From Desulfobacterales bacterium (GTDB lineage Bacteria; Desulfobacterota; Desulfobacteria; Desulfobacterales; UBA2174): a DNA stretch of 64,000 bases. The notes beneath the pieces are model-generated. The model made no database searches, had not been told where the DNA came from, and saw only the letters and a program-made list of their open reading frames with translations. The first letter of the stretch is position 1. Every line of letters starts with the position of its first letter. Where the stretch lies: assembly GCA_963668645.2 (NCBI GenBank), contig CAXXWC010000021.1:448001-512000 (forward strand), given 5' to 3'. Below are positions 10,299-19,135 of this stretch, one piece after another. The translations under genes and the position numbers were made by a program.

Positions 10299-11996
10299 AT
10301 GGACTCGAACCCAAGCCCGGAATCTGCCGGCCGCACCAGCGACTTTCCCCATTACCGGCACGTTTGGAAACGGGTCGTCCTCTCGCTGCTGGCTGCGGCC
10401 TTCGTTCCCCTTCTGGCGGTGGGCGGCGGTCTTTACGGCTACGCGTACCACCAGCTGGAAAAGAAAACCCACGCGGCCCTGGCCGCCACGGTGCTCCACC
10501 ACCAGGACAGCATCGACCGTTTCCTGGAAGAACGGGTCCACGACCTGGAGGTGCTGGCTGGGATTTTCGGCCGCGAGCGGATCGGCGAACAGACGGTTCT
10601 TGATCAGGTCTTTGCCGAACTGCACCGCCGGCAGCCCTGGTTCCAGGACCTGGGCGTCATCGACGACCAGGGCCGTCACCTGGCCTACCACGGGGACTAC
10701 GACCTGATATCGCGCAACTATCGCCAAGCCGCCTGGTTCGCGCCCACGATACGCCAGGGCCGGTACATCAGCGATGTCTACAGCGGGTTTCGCCAAGTGC
10801 CCCACTTCATCATCGCCATCCGCTGCAGCGACCAGCGGGGGGACTGGATCTTGCGGGCCACGGTGGATACGGTCTTTTTCAACCGCCAGGTCCACGCCTT
10901 TGCCGGCCAGGGCCACCAGGACGCCTACCTGGTCAATGCCCAGGGGATGCTCCAGAGCCTGCCGCGGCGCGGCGGGACCCTGATGACCAGCGCCGGCCTG
11001 AACCTGCCCGAACCCTTCGAGGGGGTCCGCTTCGAACGCATCGGCGACCGGGTCCTGGCCCAGGTATGGCTGCACCAGGTGCCCTGGCTCTGCGTGGTGG
11101 AAATGTCCCGGTCCCGGATTCTGGCCGACCTGCACCGGGTGCGCAACATGGGCGCCGGAGTGCTGCTGCTTTCGTCCTTCTTGATTGTGGCCACCGTTTT
11201 ACTGACCACCAACTACCTGGTGAGCGAACTGGAAAGGGCGCGGCGCAGCATCAATCTGCTCGACCGCCAACTGCGCCGCACCAGCTATCTGGCCTCCACC
11301 ATGGAGCTGTCCGGCGGCATGCTGCATGAACTGGGCGATGTGCTCGACAACCTGGACATGGCCCATTGCTGCCTGGTGGAAAGCGACCAGGGCGGCGGCT
11401 CTGGCGAAAGGATGGAATCTTTGGCCCAGATCGGCCACGAAATCCGGCGCGGCCGCACCGCCTTGACGCGCTTCATACAGTTTACCGCGGTCGAAGATCC
11501 CCTGATCGGCCCGGTCGATCTGCACCGGCTCCTCGAAGACCTGATCGGGATCCTGGAGCGTGACCTGCGCCTGCGCCGCATCCGGATCGAACGGCGCTAC
11601 CGGCTCACCGATGCCCGGGTGCGCAGCGATCGCGGCAAACTGCGCCAGGTCTTTCAGAACCTGGTGCTCAATGCAATGCAGGCCATCGGTGAAAACGGCA
11701 CCCTGACCTTGACCACCGAGGCCGATGCCGACCGGATCCGCGTCACTGTCGCCGACACCGGTCCCGGCGTGCCCGCGGCCCTGCGTGAACGCATCTTCGA
11801 TCCGCTCTTTTCCACCAAAGAGAAAGGAACCGGACTGGGACTGGCGATCAGCCAGAACATCCTTCAGCAGCTCGGCGGAACGATCCAGCTTGATCCCTGG
11901 ACCCGCCAAGGAGCGGCCTTTATCGTGATCATGCCGGTGGCGCTGCGCCCATCCGGCCCACCGCCCGGGGCCCATGATCAAAAGAGAACACCTTAA
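10299..11996 (+). CDS. Sensor histidine kinase (extracellular Cache-like domain), atypical H-box
   Basis: TM-periplasmic-TM, GMLHELGDVL H-box, QVFQNLVLNA, DTGPGV, GTGLGL. Confidence 0.85.
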   Translation: MDSNPSPESAGRTSDFPHYRHVWKRVVLSLLAAAFVPLLAVGGGLYGYAYHQLEKKTHAALAATVLHHQDSIDRFLEERVHDLEVLAGIFGRERIGEQTVLDQVFAELHRRQPWFQDLGVIDDQGRHLAYHGDYDLISRNYRQAAWFAPTIRQGRYISDVYSGFRQVPHFIIAIRCSDQRGDWILRATVDTVFFNRQVHAFAGQGHQDAYLVNAQGMLQSLPRRGGTLMTSAGLNLPEPFEGVRFERIGDRVLAQVWLHQVPWLCVVEMSRSRILADLHRVRNMGAGVLLLSSFLIVATVLLTTNYLVSELERARRSINLLDRQLRRTSYLASTMELSGGMLHELGDVLDNLDMAHCCLVESDQGGGSGERMESLAQIGHEIRRGRTALTRFIQFTAVEDPLIGPVDLHRLLEDLIGILERDLRLRRIRIERRYRLTDARVRSDRGKLRQVFQNLVLNAMQAIGENGTLTLTTEADADRIRVTVADTGPGVPAALRERIFDPLFSTKEKGTGLGLAISQNILQQLGGTIQLDPWTRQGAAFIVIMPVALRPSGPPPGAHDQKRTP

Positions 11997-14274
11997 ACAA
12001 GCGGTGGAGGCCATCGCCGCACGGGATGAAGAAGCCGGCTACACCCTCGGGGAGATGCTTGCCGCAGGCCGGATCGACATTACCGGAGTGGCCTGTGCTG
12101 CGCCGGATCTGCCCTGTTTCAGCATCGACGGGCACTGCGTCGCGGTGCCCAAAATCCTCTTTTTCAACGAGGGCGCCGCCGCTCTGGAAGTTTACCTGGT
12201 CAGGGCCTATGCCCAGATGGTGGCCATCCGGCAGGTCAACGACAGCCAGGACCGGCCCGACTTCCGGCGTGCCGCCGGCCATATCCGCCTCGAGGCCCTG
12301 CGCCGCACCGTGGCCCACGAGATACGAGCGGTGATACAGGCGTCCCCAGGCACGGACGGGCCGCCCGTCGCCGTGGATGTCGACGCCCTTTTAAGCCAGC
12401 ACCTGCCTGCGGCCCTGCCCCCTGCCGCACCGGCCGCAGACCTGTCCGGCCTCCAGTATACCGGCCGGGTGGATCCGGAACGCCCGGCGCTTTTCGTCCC
12501 CTTCCCCTTCTGCCTGGAGGCCCTGACCCAGGTGGCAGAACTGAACCTCGAATTTTTCAACCTGCGCTTTGTGCTCCGCTGCCACCTGCAAGGGAATCTG
12601 GCCCGTCTTTTCGCCCTGATCGTCCACGGCCGAATCGCCGGTTTAGCCTATGTCGAACCGGTGAGCCGGCCCTTTTATCGGGCGCTGGAAATCAAATATA
12701 TCGCCACCCGGCCGACAACGGCGGAATCACCCGCCGGCCAGCCGGCCTACCGTGGCGCCGGGACGGCCCTGGTGTCCGGCATCTGGATGCTCTGGAAAGA
12801 GCATCTGCCCAAGGTGCGGGAAATCGTGCTCGACGCGGAGGTCGCCGCGTCCGGATTCTACCGGCGCATCGGATTTGCCCCCCGGCGCATCCAGCAGTTT
12901 GCCCTACGCCGGCCGGACGGCCCCCTGCTGACGGCCATCGCGATCATGGCCGACCACTGCCGGCAGATTCATCCACGCGTGGAAAGCGAGATCGCCGACT
13001 TGCTGCGACGGACCCACCGCCGGATGCGCCGCGCCAGGGACGAGGCCCGGCACCGGGAGGATACAGCCTTCCTGCGGGCCTGCCTGCTGGCCCGGCACCA
13101 GCCGATCCTGGCGCGCACGGCGGCCGCCGGCCTGCTAAAGGCCGAGTCACAAATTCCCGAGGCGGCCGCCCTGCTGGCCGAAGCCACCCGCAGCGGCCGC
13201 CTGCGGATCCGCGAAGCCGCCGACCAACCCGCCCTGCTCGTGGTGCATGACCGGCGCTTCCAGGACCATCTGAAGGGCATCTTCCACCTGGAGAGCCCCC
13301 TGCGCCTGGCGGCCGTCGAACGCATCCTGGCCCATCCGTCCCTGGCCGATCGCTGGCGGCCTGTCCCCGGCAGGCAGGCCACACTGGAGGAATTGGCCTG
13401 GGTCCACACCGCCGAACATATCCGGCGCATCGCCGAAACCGCCGGCCAGCCGCTGACCAGCCTCGACTTGGACACCCAGACCACGGCCCAGTCCTTCGAG
13501 GTGGCCTGCCTGGCGGCCGGCAGCGTTTTCGAACTGATCGACGCCGTCTGGCACGCCGACGGGGCCAGCGGTTTCGCCTTCGTGCGCCCGCCGGGCCACC
13601 ATGCCGAGCCGGACCGGGCCATGGGTTTTTGCCTGTTCAACAACGTGGCCCTGGGGGCCTGCTACCTGCAACGGATCTATGGGGCCCGCAAGGTGATGAT
13701 CGTGGATATCGACGCCCACCACGGCAACGGCACCCAGGCGGCCTTCTACGACTGCAACCAGGTGCTCTTCGTCTCCCTGCATGAATTTCCCGCCTACCCG
13801 GGAACCGGACGGCTGGCCGAAACCGGCGCCGGCCCGGGACTCGGTCACACGGTCAACATCCCCCTGGGCCGGGGCTGCGGAGACCGTGAGGTTGCCCAGA
13901 GCCTGCATTGGATCGTGCGGCCCCTGGCCCTGGCCTACAAGCCCGACATGATCCTGGTCTCCTGCGGATTCGACCTCTACCACCGGGACCGGCTCAGTGG
14001 ATTGCAGGTCACGGCCGAGGGCTACGGGCTCTTCGCCAGGCTCTTGCAGCAAACCGCGGCCGAAGTCTGCCAGGGCCGCATCGTTTTCGTCCTCGAAGGC
14101 GGCTATCACGTGGAGAGCGTCGAAAGTTGCGGCCTGCGCTTCATTCAGGCCTTGTGCAGCCAGGGCGAGGCCGGCCGCCGCTTGTCCGACCTGACCGGCG
14201 GCAGCCCCAACGGGATCCTGCGCAAAGTCATCGCGCTGCACCAGACCTGGTGGCCTTCCCTGGTTTCGCTGTGA
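11974..14274 (+). CDS. Fusion: N-terminal unknown domain + GNAT acetyltransferase + Zn-dependent HDAC-family deacetylase
   Basis: GNAT motif A YRGAGTAL and motif B GFYRRIGF; HDAC motifs RPPGHHA, GFCLFNN, DIDAHHGNGT, YPGTG, SCGFD, LEGGY. Confidence 0.85.
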   Translation: MIKREHLKQAVEAIAARDEEAGYTLGEMLAAGRIDITGVACAAPDLPCFSIDGHCVAVPKILFFNEGAAALEVYLVRAYAQMVAIRQVNDSQDRPDFRRAAGHIRLEALRRTVAHEIRAVIQASPGTDGPPVAVDVDALLSQHLPAALPPAAPAADLSGLQYTGRVDPERPALFVPFPFCLEALTQVAELNLEFFNLRFVLRCHLQGNLARLFALIVHGRIAGLAYVEPVSRPFYRALEIKYIATRPTTAESPAGQPAYRGAGTALVSGIWMLWKEHLPKVREIVLDAEVAASGFYRRIGFAPRRIQQFALRRPDGPLLTAIAIMADHCRQIHPRVESEIADLLRRTHRRMRRARDEARHREDTAFLRACLLARHQPILARTAAAGLLKAESQIPEAAALLAEATRSGRLRIREAADQPALLVVHDRRFQDHLKGIFHLESPLRLAAVERILAHPSLADRWRPVPGRQATLEELAWVHTAEHIRRIAETAGQPLTSLDLDTQTTAQSFEVACLAAGSVFELIDAVWHADGASGFAFVRPPGHHAEPDRAMGFCLFNNVALGACYLQRIYGARKVMIVDIDAHHGNGTQAAFYDCNQVLFVSLHEFPAYPGTGRLAETGAGPGLGHTVNIPLGRGCGDREVAQSLHWIVRPLALAYKPDMILVSCGFDLYHRDRLSGLQVTAEGYGLFARLLQQTAAEVCQGRIVFVLEGGYHVESVESCGLRFIQALCSQGEAGRRLSDLTGGSPNGILRKVIALHQTWWPSLVSL

Positions 14275-14304
14275 CCGTTGGGCGTCATCTGCCGGAGCCG
14301 GTGA

Positions 14305-14323
14305 TGTCCACCGTCATGTGACA
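14305..14323 (+). promoter_or_regulatory. Putative enhancer (UAS) site
   Basis: TGTCCACCGTCATGTGACA, same motif as 5887 and 5920, about 95 bp upstream of a sigma54 promoter. Confidence 0.5.
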
Positions 14324-14418
14324 ATTGCACCGCAGCCGGGGCCGTGGCCTTGCCGCCCTTTTAGCGCTTTTTGTGCAACTTGAAAGAGATGCGGACCGGC
14401 TCCGCTGCAAATGGCGGA

Positions 14419-14434
14419 TGGCACACTTCTTGTA
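14419..14434 (+). promoter_or_regulatory. sigma54 -24/-12 promoter
   Basis: TGGCAC-ACTTC-TTGTA upstream of ATG 14494. Confidence 0.65.
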
Positions 14435-14493
14435 GAAGGAAGTGGCCAGTACCTAGGAAATAAGCATCAACTCGCGAAGAAAGGATGTCATTC

Positions 14494-16320
14494 ATGGCCA
14501 CCGGCCTCCCGGACGACACGGCCGCCGCTCATCGCCCAGCCGCCGCCAATTCGCGCCAGGCCCAACGACAGAACCACTACCGCCGGCTTTTCTGGCGCTT
14601 CGTACTGCTGACCACCATCTGCAGTTTCGTTCCACTGCTCGCTGTCGGCTGGGGAATCAATATTTACTACAGCGGGTTTGCCCGGGAACGGATGATCAAC
14701 TCTTTTCGCAACGAGGTGGCCCACCACCGGCGCATCATCGAACTCTTTCTCAAGGAACGCTCCACCAAGCTGCAACTGATCGCCGCCACGGTCCCCAGGG
14801 AGCGCCTGGTCGATACGCAGGGCCTGAACGAAGTCTTTGAAATGATCAACCGGGAGTACTGGTCGATCACCGACTTGGGGGTGATCGACGCCGACGGCCA
14901 ACATCTGGCCTATGTCGGCCCCTACGACCTGATGGACAAGAACTACTCGGAGACATTCTGGTTCAAGGCCGTAATGGAAAAAGGCCTCTATATCAGCGAC
15001 ATGTTCATGGGCTTTCGGCGGGAACCGCATTTTATCATCGCGGTGACCCACCGCGAATCCGACGGGCGGCGTTGGATCCTGCGGGCCACCATCGATACCG
15101 AAGCCTTCCGGGCCTTGGTGGAGAACGTACGCATCGGCCAGACCGGCGAGGTATACCTGATCAACCGCGCCGGCAACTTTCAAACCAGCCCGCGGCGCTG
15201 GGGAAATATCATGGGCCTGTCGTCCATCCCGGTGGAGGAAATCCACGAGGGAATCCGCATCGTCACCACCGAAGCGCACACCGTGGACGGCCGGCGCATC
15301 CCGAGCCAGATCATGAGCCAGACCTGGCTCGAAGAGCCGCGCTGGATGCTGGTGGTGCAACAGGACCAGGCCGAGGCCCTGCGGGAAGTGAAGCTGGCCA
15401 ACCTGGCCGTACTGGTCTTTTTGCACATCGCGGCATTGTCGATCCTGGCCGTGTCGGTGCTCATCACCCGCCACATGATCAGTGTTATCCGGCGCCGTGA
15501 CATCCAGGCCGATGATCTCAATCAGCAATTGATACAGGCCAGCAAGATGGCCTCCATCGGCGAGCTGTCAGCCGGGGTCGCCCATGAAATCAACAATCCA
15601 CTGGCCATCATCGGCACAGAATGCCAGCTGCTTCGCGACCAGGCCGAGCACACGCCGGCCATGGATCCGGAGATGGCGGGACAAATCGATTCTTCCGTGC
15701 ACCAGATCAATGTCCAGATCCAGCGTTGCAAACGCATCACCACCAACCTGCTGCGCTTTTCGCGCCGGACGCAATCGATGATCGAAACGGTGGACCTGAA
15801 CGGGTTCATCCGCGAAGTGATCGAACTGATGGAACGCGAAGCACGCTCGAGCGGGATCAGGTTTTTCACCGAACTCGATGATCACCTGCCCCAGGTCCTC
15901 TCGGATCCTTCCCAGCTCCAGCAGGTCTTTTTGAACCTGATCACCAACGCCATCGACGCACACGACGAAAAACCGTATGGATCCATCACCATCGGCACCC
16001 GCGACTGCCCGGCGGAAGAAGGGCTGCGCCTGACCATCAGCGACAGCGGCTGCGGGATCCCTCCCGAAGCCATGGAACGCATATTCGATCCGTTTTTTAC
16101 CACCAAACCGGTGGGCCGGGGTACGGGCCTGGGGTTGAGCATCTGTTTTTCCATCGTACAGCGTTTGGGCGGCACGGTTGATGTTGCCAGCCGCCCGGGC
16201 GAGGGGACCACCTTCACCCTCTTTTTACCTTACCGCCCCCCTGACGAGCTGCTGGAAAATATCACTGCCCGACCGCTCGACCCCGGCCCGCCGGTTTCGG
16301 CCAAAGGAGGTCCGCCATGA
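14494..16320 (+). CDS. Sensor histidine kinase, paralog of 10299-11996
   Basis: Shares DLGVID..GQHLAY, YISD..PHFIIA..WILRAT sensor motifs; AHEINNPL, QVFLNLITNA, GTGLGL. Confidence 0.9.
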   Translation: MATGLPDDTAAAHRPAAANSRQAQRQNHYRRLFWRFVLLTTICSFVPLLAVGWGINIYYSGFARERMINSFRNEVAHHRRIIELFLKERSTKLQLIAATVPRERLVDTQGLNEVFEMINREYWSITDLGVIDADGQHLAYVGPYDLMDKNYSETFWFKAVMEKGLYISDMFMGFRREPHFIIAVTHRESDGRRWILRATIDTEAFRALVENVRIGQTGEVYLINRAGNFQTSPRRWGNIMGLSSIPVEEIHEGIRIVTTEAHTVDGRRIPSQIMSQTWLEEPRWMLVVQQDQAEALREVKLANLAVLVFLHIAALSILAVSVLITRHMISVIRRRDIQADDLNQQLIQASKMASIGELSAGVAHEINNPLAIIGTECQLLRDQAEHTPAMDPEMAGQIDSSVHQINVQIQRCKRITTNLLRFSRRTQSMIETVDLNGFIREVIELMEREARSSGIRFFTELDDHLPQVLSDPSQLQQVFLNLITNAIDAHDEKPYGSITIGTRDCPAEEGLRLTISDSGCGIPPEAMERIFDPFFTTKPVGRGTGLGLSICFSIVQRLGGTVDVASRPGEGTTFTLFLPYRPPDELLENITARPLDPGPPVSAKGGPP

Positions 16321-16700
16321 GCGCCATGCGCATCTTGCTGGTGGATGACGAGGTCATTTTCGCCCGCAACATGGCCAAGCTGCTTGCCTTTCGCGGCTAC
16401 CAGGTCAAGGCGGTGCACAACGGCCAGAGCGCCATCGTCGAAATGGAGCAGGCCCCCTACGACGTCATCGTTCTCGACCTGAAGATGCCCGGCATGGACG
16501 GCCTGGCCACCTTGAGAGAAATCAAGAAGCTGGGCCTTTTCACCGAGACTCTGATTCTCACGGGTCATGGTTCCATCGATTCGGCGCTGGAGGCGGTTAA
16601 GCTGGGCGCGTACGACTACCTGACCAAGCCCTGCCAGATCGAGGAGCTGGTGGCCAAGATCCAAGCGGTCAAACGGAGCGGCGAAAGCGGCATCAAATAA
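16317..16700 (+). CDS. Single-domain response regulator
   Basis: ILLVDDE, LDLKMPGMDG, LTGHG, YDYLTKP; ATGA overlap with the kinase. Confidence 0.9.
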   Translation: MSAMRILLVDDEVIFARNMAKLLAFRGYQVKAVHNGQSAIVEMEQAPYDVIVLDLKMPGMDGLATLREIKKLGLFTETLILTGHGSIDSALEAVKLGAYDYLTKPCQIEELVAKIQAVKRSGESGIK

Positions 16701-16791
16701 TCTGCGGCAAGGATCGCTGGGCCGATGTCACGCGGCCATGGCAGCTTTTACGGAGAGCCCTGGTCTGAAGCGGTAAAAAGGCTGAAAAGAA

Positions 16792-18237
16792 TCATGCCGG
16801 GGGGGTGCCGGGAGCCGGATCACGGGCCGCCTCGGCAAAGAGCACCGGTTCATCCGGCGGCAGTCCGGCCAGTTCGTTGAGGGCCTGGCGGATCTCGCGG
16901 GCGTTTTGGCTCACCACCTGTGAAACTTTTTTGTAATCCCGCCTTGCTTCGCTAAAGGAAAAGCGCCGCCCCCGACGCTGGATGAATTCGGCCACCTGGG
17001 ACCGCACCATCTGCCAGGTGTCGCGCCGGGTCTGGTTCTCGAGCACCGTGAGATGATCGAGATTGGTCATGATCCGGTGTTGGAAGCGCTTTTCAAAAAT
17101 TCCACGCAATCCCACGCCCCAGATCATTAACCCGACCAGGGTGGCGATTGCCGCACTGCCGCCCGTCAACAGCGGATCGGCCGGGGGCAGGACCTGAACC
17201 CAGACCAGCCCTGCCACGGCCAGAAGTCCGAACAGCAGGCTGTAGACCACGCCGCGGACCAGGGCGCGGATACGAAAGCCGCGCAGGCGCCGGCGATAGG
17301 CGACCAGGGCTTCCAGCAGGTGGGACAACCGTTCGCTGTGGGTTTCGACAAAAGCCGCCAGGTGGTCGAGCCGGTAGCGCGGGGCCTCCAGGATGGCCCT
17401 CCTCAGCTCCTCGCGCTGGTTGTCGAGATACTGCAGGTAGCCGTGGCGCCGGCGTTGGGCCGATCCTTGCTGCTCGCCGGCCGCCCGGGGGGAATAGGTC
17501 AGCCGGATGGGGGGGATGTCCTTGCGGCCCGTCATCTGGGAGAGGTTCCAGCACAAGGTGCCATAAACCCGCAGCAGGTCCACCAGGGATGTGCAGACGT
17601 CGATGCGGTTGAGCACGAAAATCACCCGGTCCTCGAAGGTGCGCGCCGGCAGCGTATCGCGCAGGCTGTTGTAGACCTCGCGCACCGTACCCGGGTTGTG
17701 GGGGTCGAAGAGCATCAACACCAGGTCGGCGATGTGGGCCAGATCGCCGATCACCTGCTGATAGTTGTATCCTCGATCCCGTTCGGCCACGCTGTCCAGC
17801 ATCCCCGGCGTATCGATCAGGGCAAGGTTCTTCAGAAAAGGAGAGTTGACCTTCTTGAGCCGAAAATGTGAGGCGAAGCGGTGGCCGTGCTTTTTTAAAC
17901 TCTCGAAGGGGTATTCCGGATCGGCAAGCAGAAAACGCCCGTCGCGTTCCTCGGTAACCCGGGTCGGACCGTCCTCGTCATCGAAGGTGATCACGGTAAA
18001 CGAATCGTCGGTGGGGGCCTGGCCGGTGGCCTGAATCGTGGCGCCGAGCAATTCGTTGATCAATGTCGATTTTCCCGAGGAGTAATTGCCCAGCACCAGG
18101 ACCTGGGGTCGCCACTTGATGTTCGCCTCCAGGGGCACTTCGCTGTATCCGTAGCGCAGGGCCACCGGGGTCAGTCGATCTGCCACCAGATCAAGCAGTT
18201 CCCCGCGCAAGGCGGTGATGTAATTATCTCGGTACAT
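16792..18237 (-). CDS. Dynamin-superfamily NTPase, EHD-like, with two TM helices in the C-terminal half
   Basis: G1 GNYSSGKST, PTDDSF, G3 DTPG, RGYNY, G4 VLNRID, LLRVYGTLCWNL; hydrophobic hairpin. Confidence 0.85.
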   Translation of the reverse strand: MYRDNYITALRGELLDLVADRLTPVALRYGYSEVPLEANIKWRPQVLVLGNYSSGKSTLINELLGATIQATGQAPTDDSFTVITFDDEDGPTRVTEERDGRFLLADPEYPFESLKKHGHRFASHFRLKKVNSPFLKNLALIDTPGMLDSVAERDRGYNYQQVIGDLAHIADLVLMLFDPHNPGTVREVYNSLRDTLPARTFEDRVIFVLNRIDVCTSLVDLLRVYGTLCWNLSQMTGRKDIPPIRLTYSPRAAGEQQGSAQRRRHGYLQYLDNQREELRRAILEAPRYRLDHLAAFVETHSERLSHLLEALVAYRRRLRGFRIRALVRGVVYSLLFGLLAVAGLVWVQVLPPADPLLTGGSAAIATLVGLMIWGVGLRGIFEKRFQHRIMTNLDHLTVLENQTRRDTWQMVRSQVAEFIQRRGRRFSFSEARRDYKKVSQVVSQNAREIRQALNELAGLPPDEPVLFAEAARDPAPGTPPA

Positions 18238-18437
18238 GCCAGGTCTCCGCAAGCCGGCCAAGGTGGTCACGAAAATGAATCAAGCTATCAAAAGCCGAAG
18301 CTAGGGTCAATCGCTGGAAGGCGATTTGAGCAATTTCAGGCAGTCTTTCGCGCTCTGGCGCTTGACCCCCGGATGCCGGTCAGGGTAAAAGCCACCGCAG
18401 CAGCATACGAACCTTTGGTTTTCACCTTTGTACGCCG

Positions 18438-19130
18438 ATGAAGCTGGACTGCCGCCATATATCTCTCCGCTATGCCGCCGCTGAAGCGCCGGTCTTCGAC
18501 GACCTGAGCTTTGCCATCGACGGGCCTGGATTTCACGCCCTGTTCGGCCCCTCAGGGGTCGGCAAGACAACCCTGGCGAAGATCCTCGCCGGCCTGATCA
18601 ATCCTGGGAGCGGGCGCATCGAAAACACCCCGGGCAGCCGGCGCCTTTACACGTACAACCTTGAAAGGCTGCCGGGATGGTCCAGCGTGGGCCATCATCT
18701 AGACAAAGTCACCCCGCCCGGACAGGGCCCGGTCAGGGACGATCTGATCGCCGAATTCGGCCTTGAAAAGGTTCTCGGGCAACGCTTCGCCCAACTGTCG
18801 ATGGGCCAGAAAAACCGCGTCAACCTGGTGCGCTACCTGGTCCAGGACTTCGATATGCTCATCATGGACGAAAGCCTGGGCAATGTCGACGAACCGACCC
18901 GGGAGCGGATCCTGCTCAAGATCAAGTCCCTTTTTGCCGATCGCTTCTTTTTGTACATCTCGCACAACGTGGTGGAAGTGGCGCGCTTTTGCCGCCAGGT
19001 CCTGGTGCTGCGCGGCGCCCATCACCGCCCCCAGGCCGAGGTGGTGGCCGCCGCAGATCAGGGCAACGGCACCGATCCGTCCCCCGAGGCCCTGCAACAA
19101 ACCATGCTTGCCATCATGAACGCCGGATAG
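18438..19130 (+). CDS. ABC transporter ATP-binding protein (NitT/TauT-type)
   Basis: GPSGVGKTT, LSMGQ signature, LIMDE, ISHN. Confidence 0.85.
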   Translation: MKLDCRHISLRYAAAEAPVFDDLSFAIDGPGFHALFGPSGVGKTTLAKILAGLINPGSGRIENTPGSRRLYTYNLERLPGWSSVGHHLDKVTPPGQGPVRDDLIAEFGLEKVLGQRFAQLSMGQKNRVNLVRYLVQDFDMLIMDESLGNVDEPTRERILLKIKSLFADRFFLYISHNVVEVARFCRQVLVLRGAHHRPQAEVVAAADQGNGTDPSPEALQQTMLAIMNAG

Positions 19131-19135
19131 AACCG

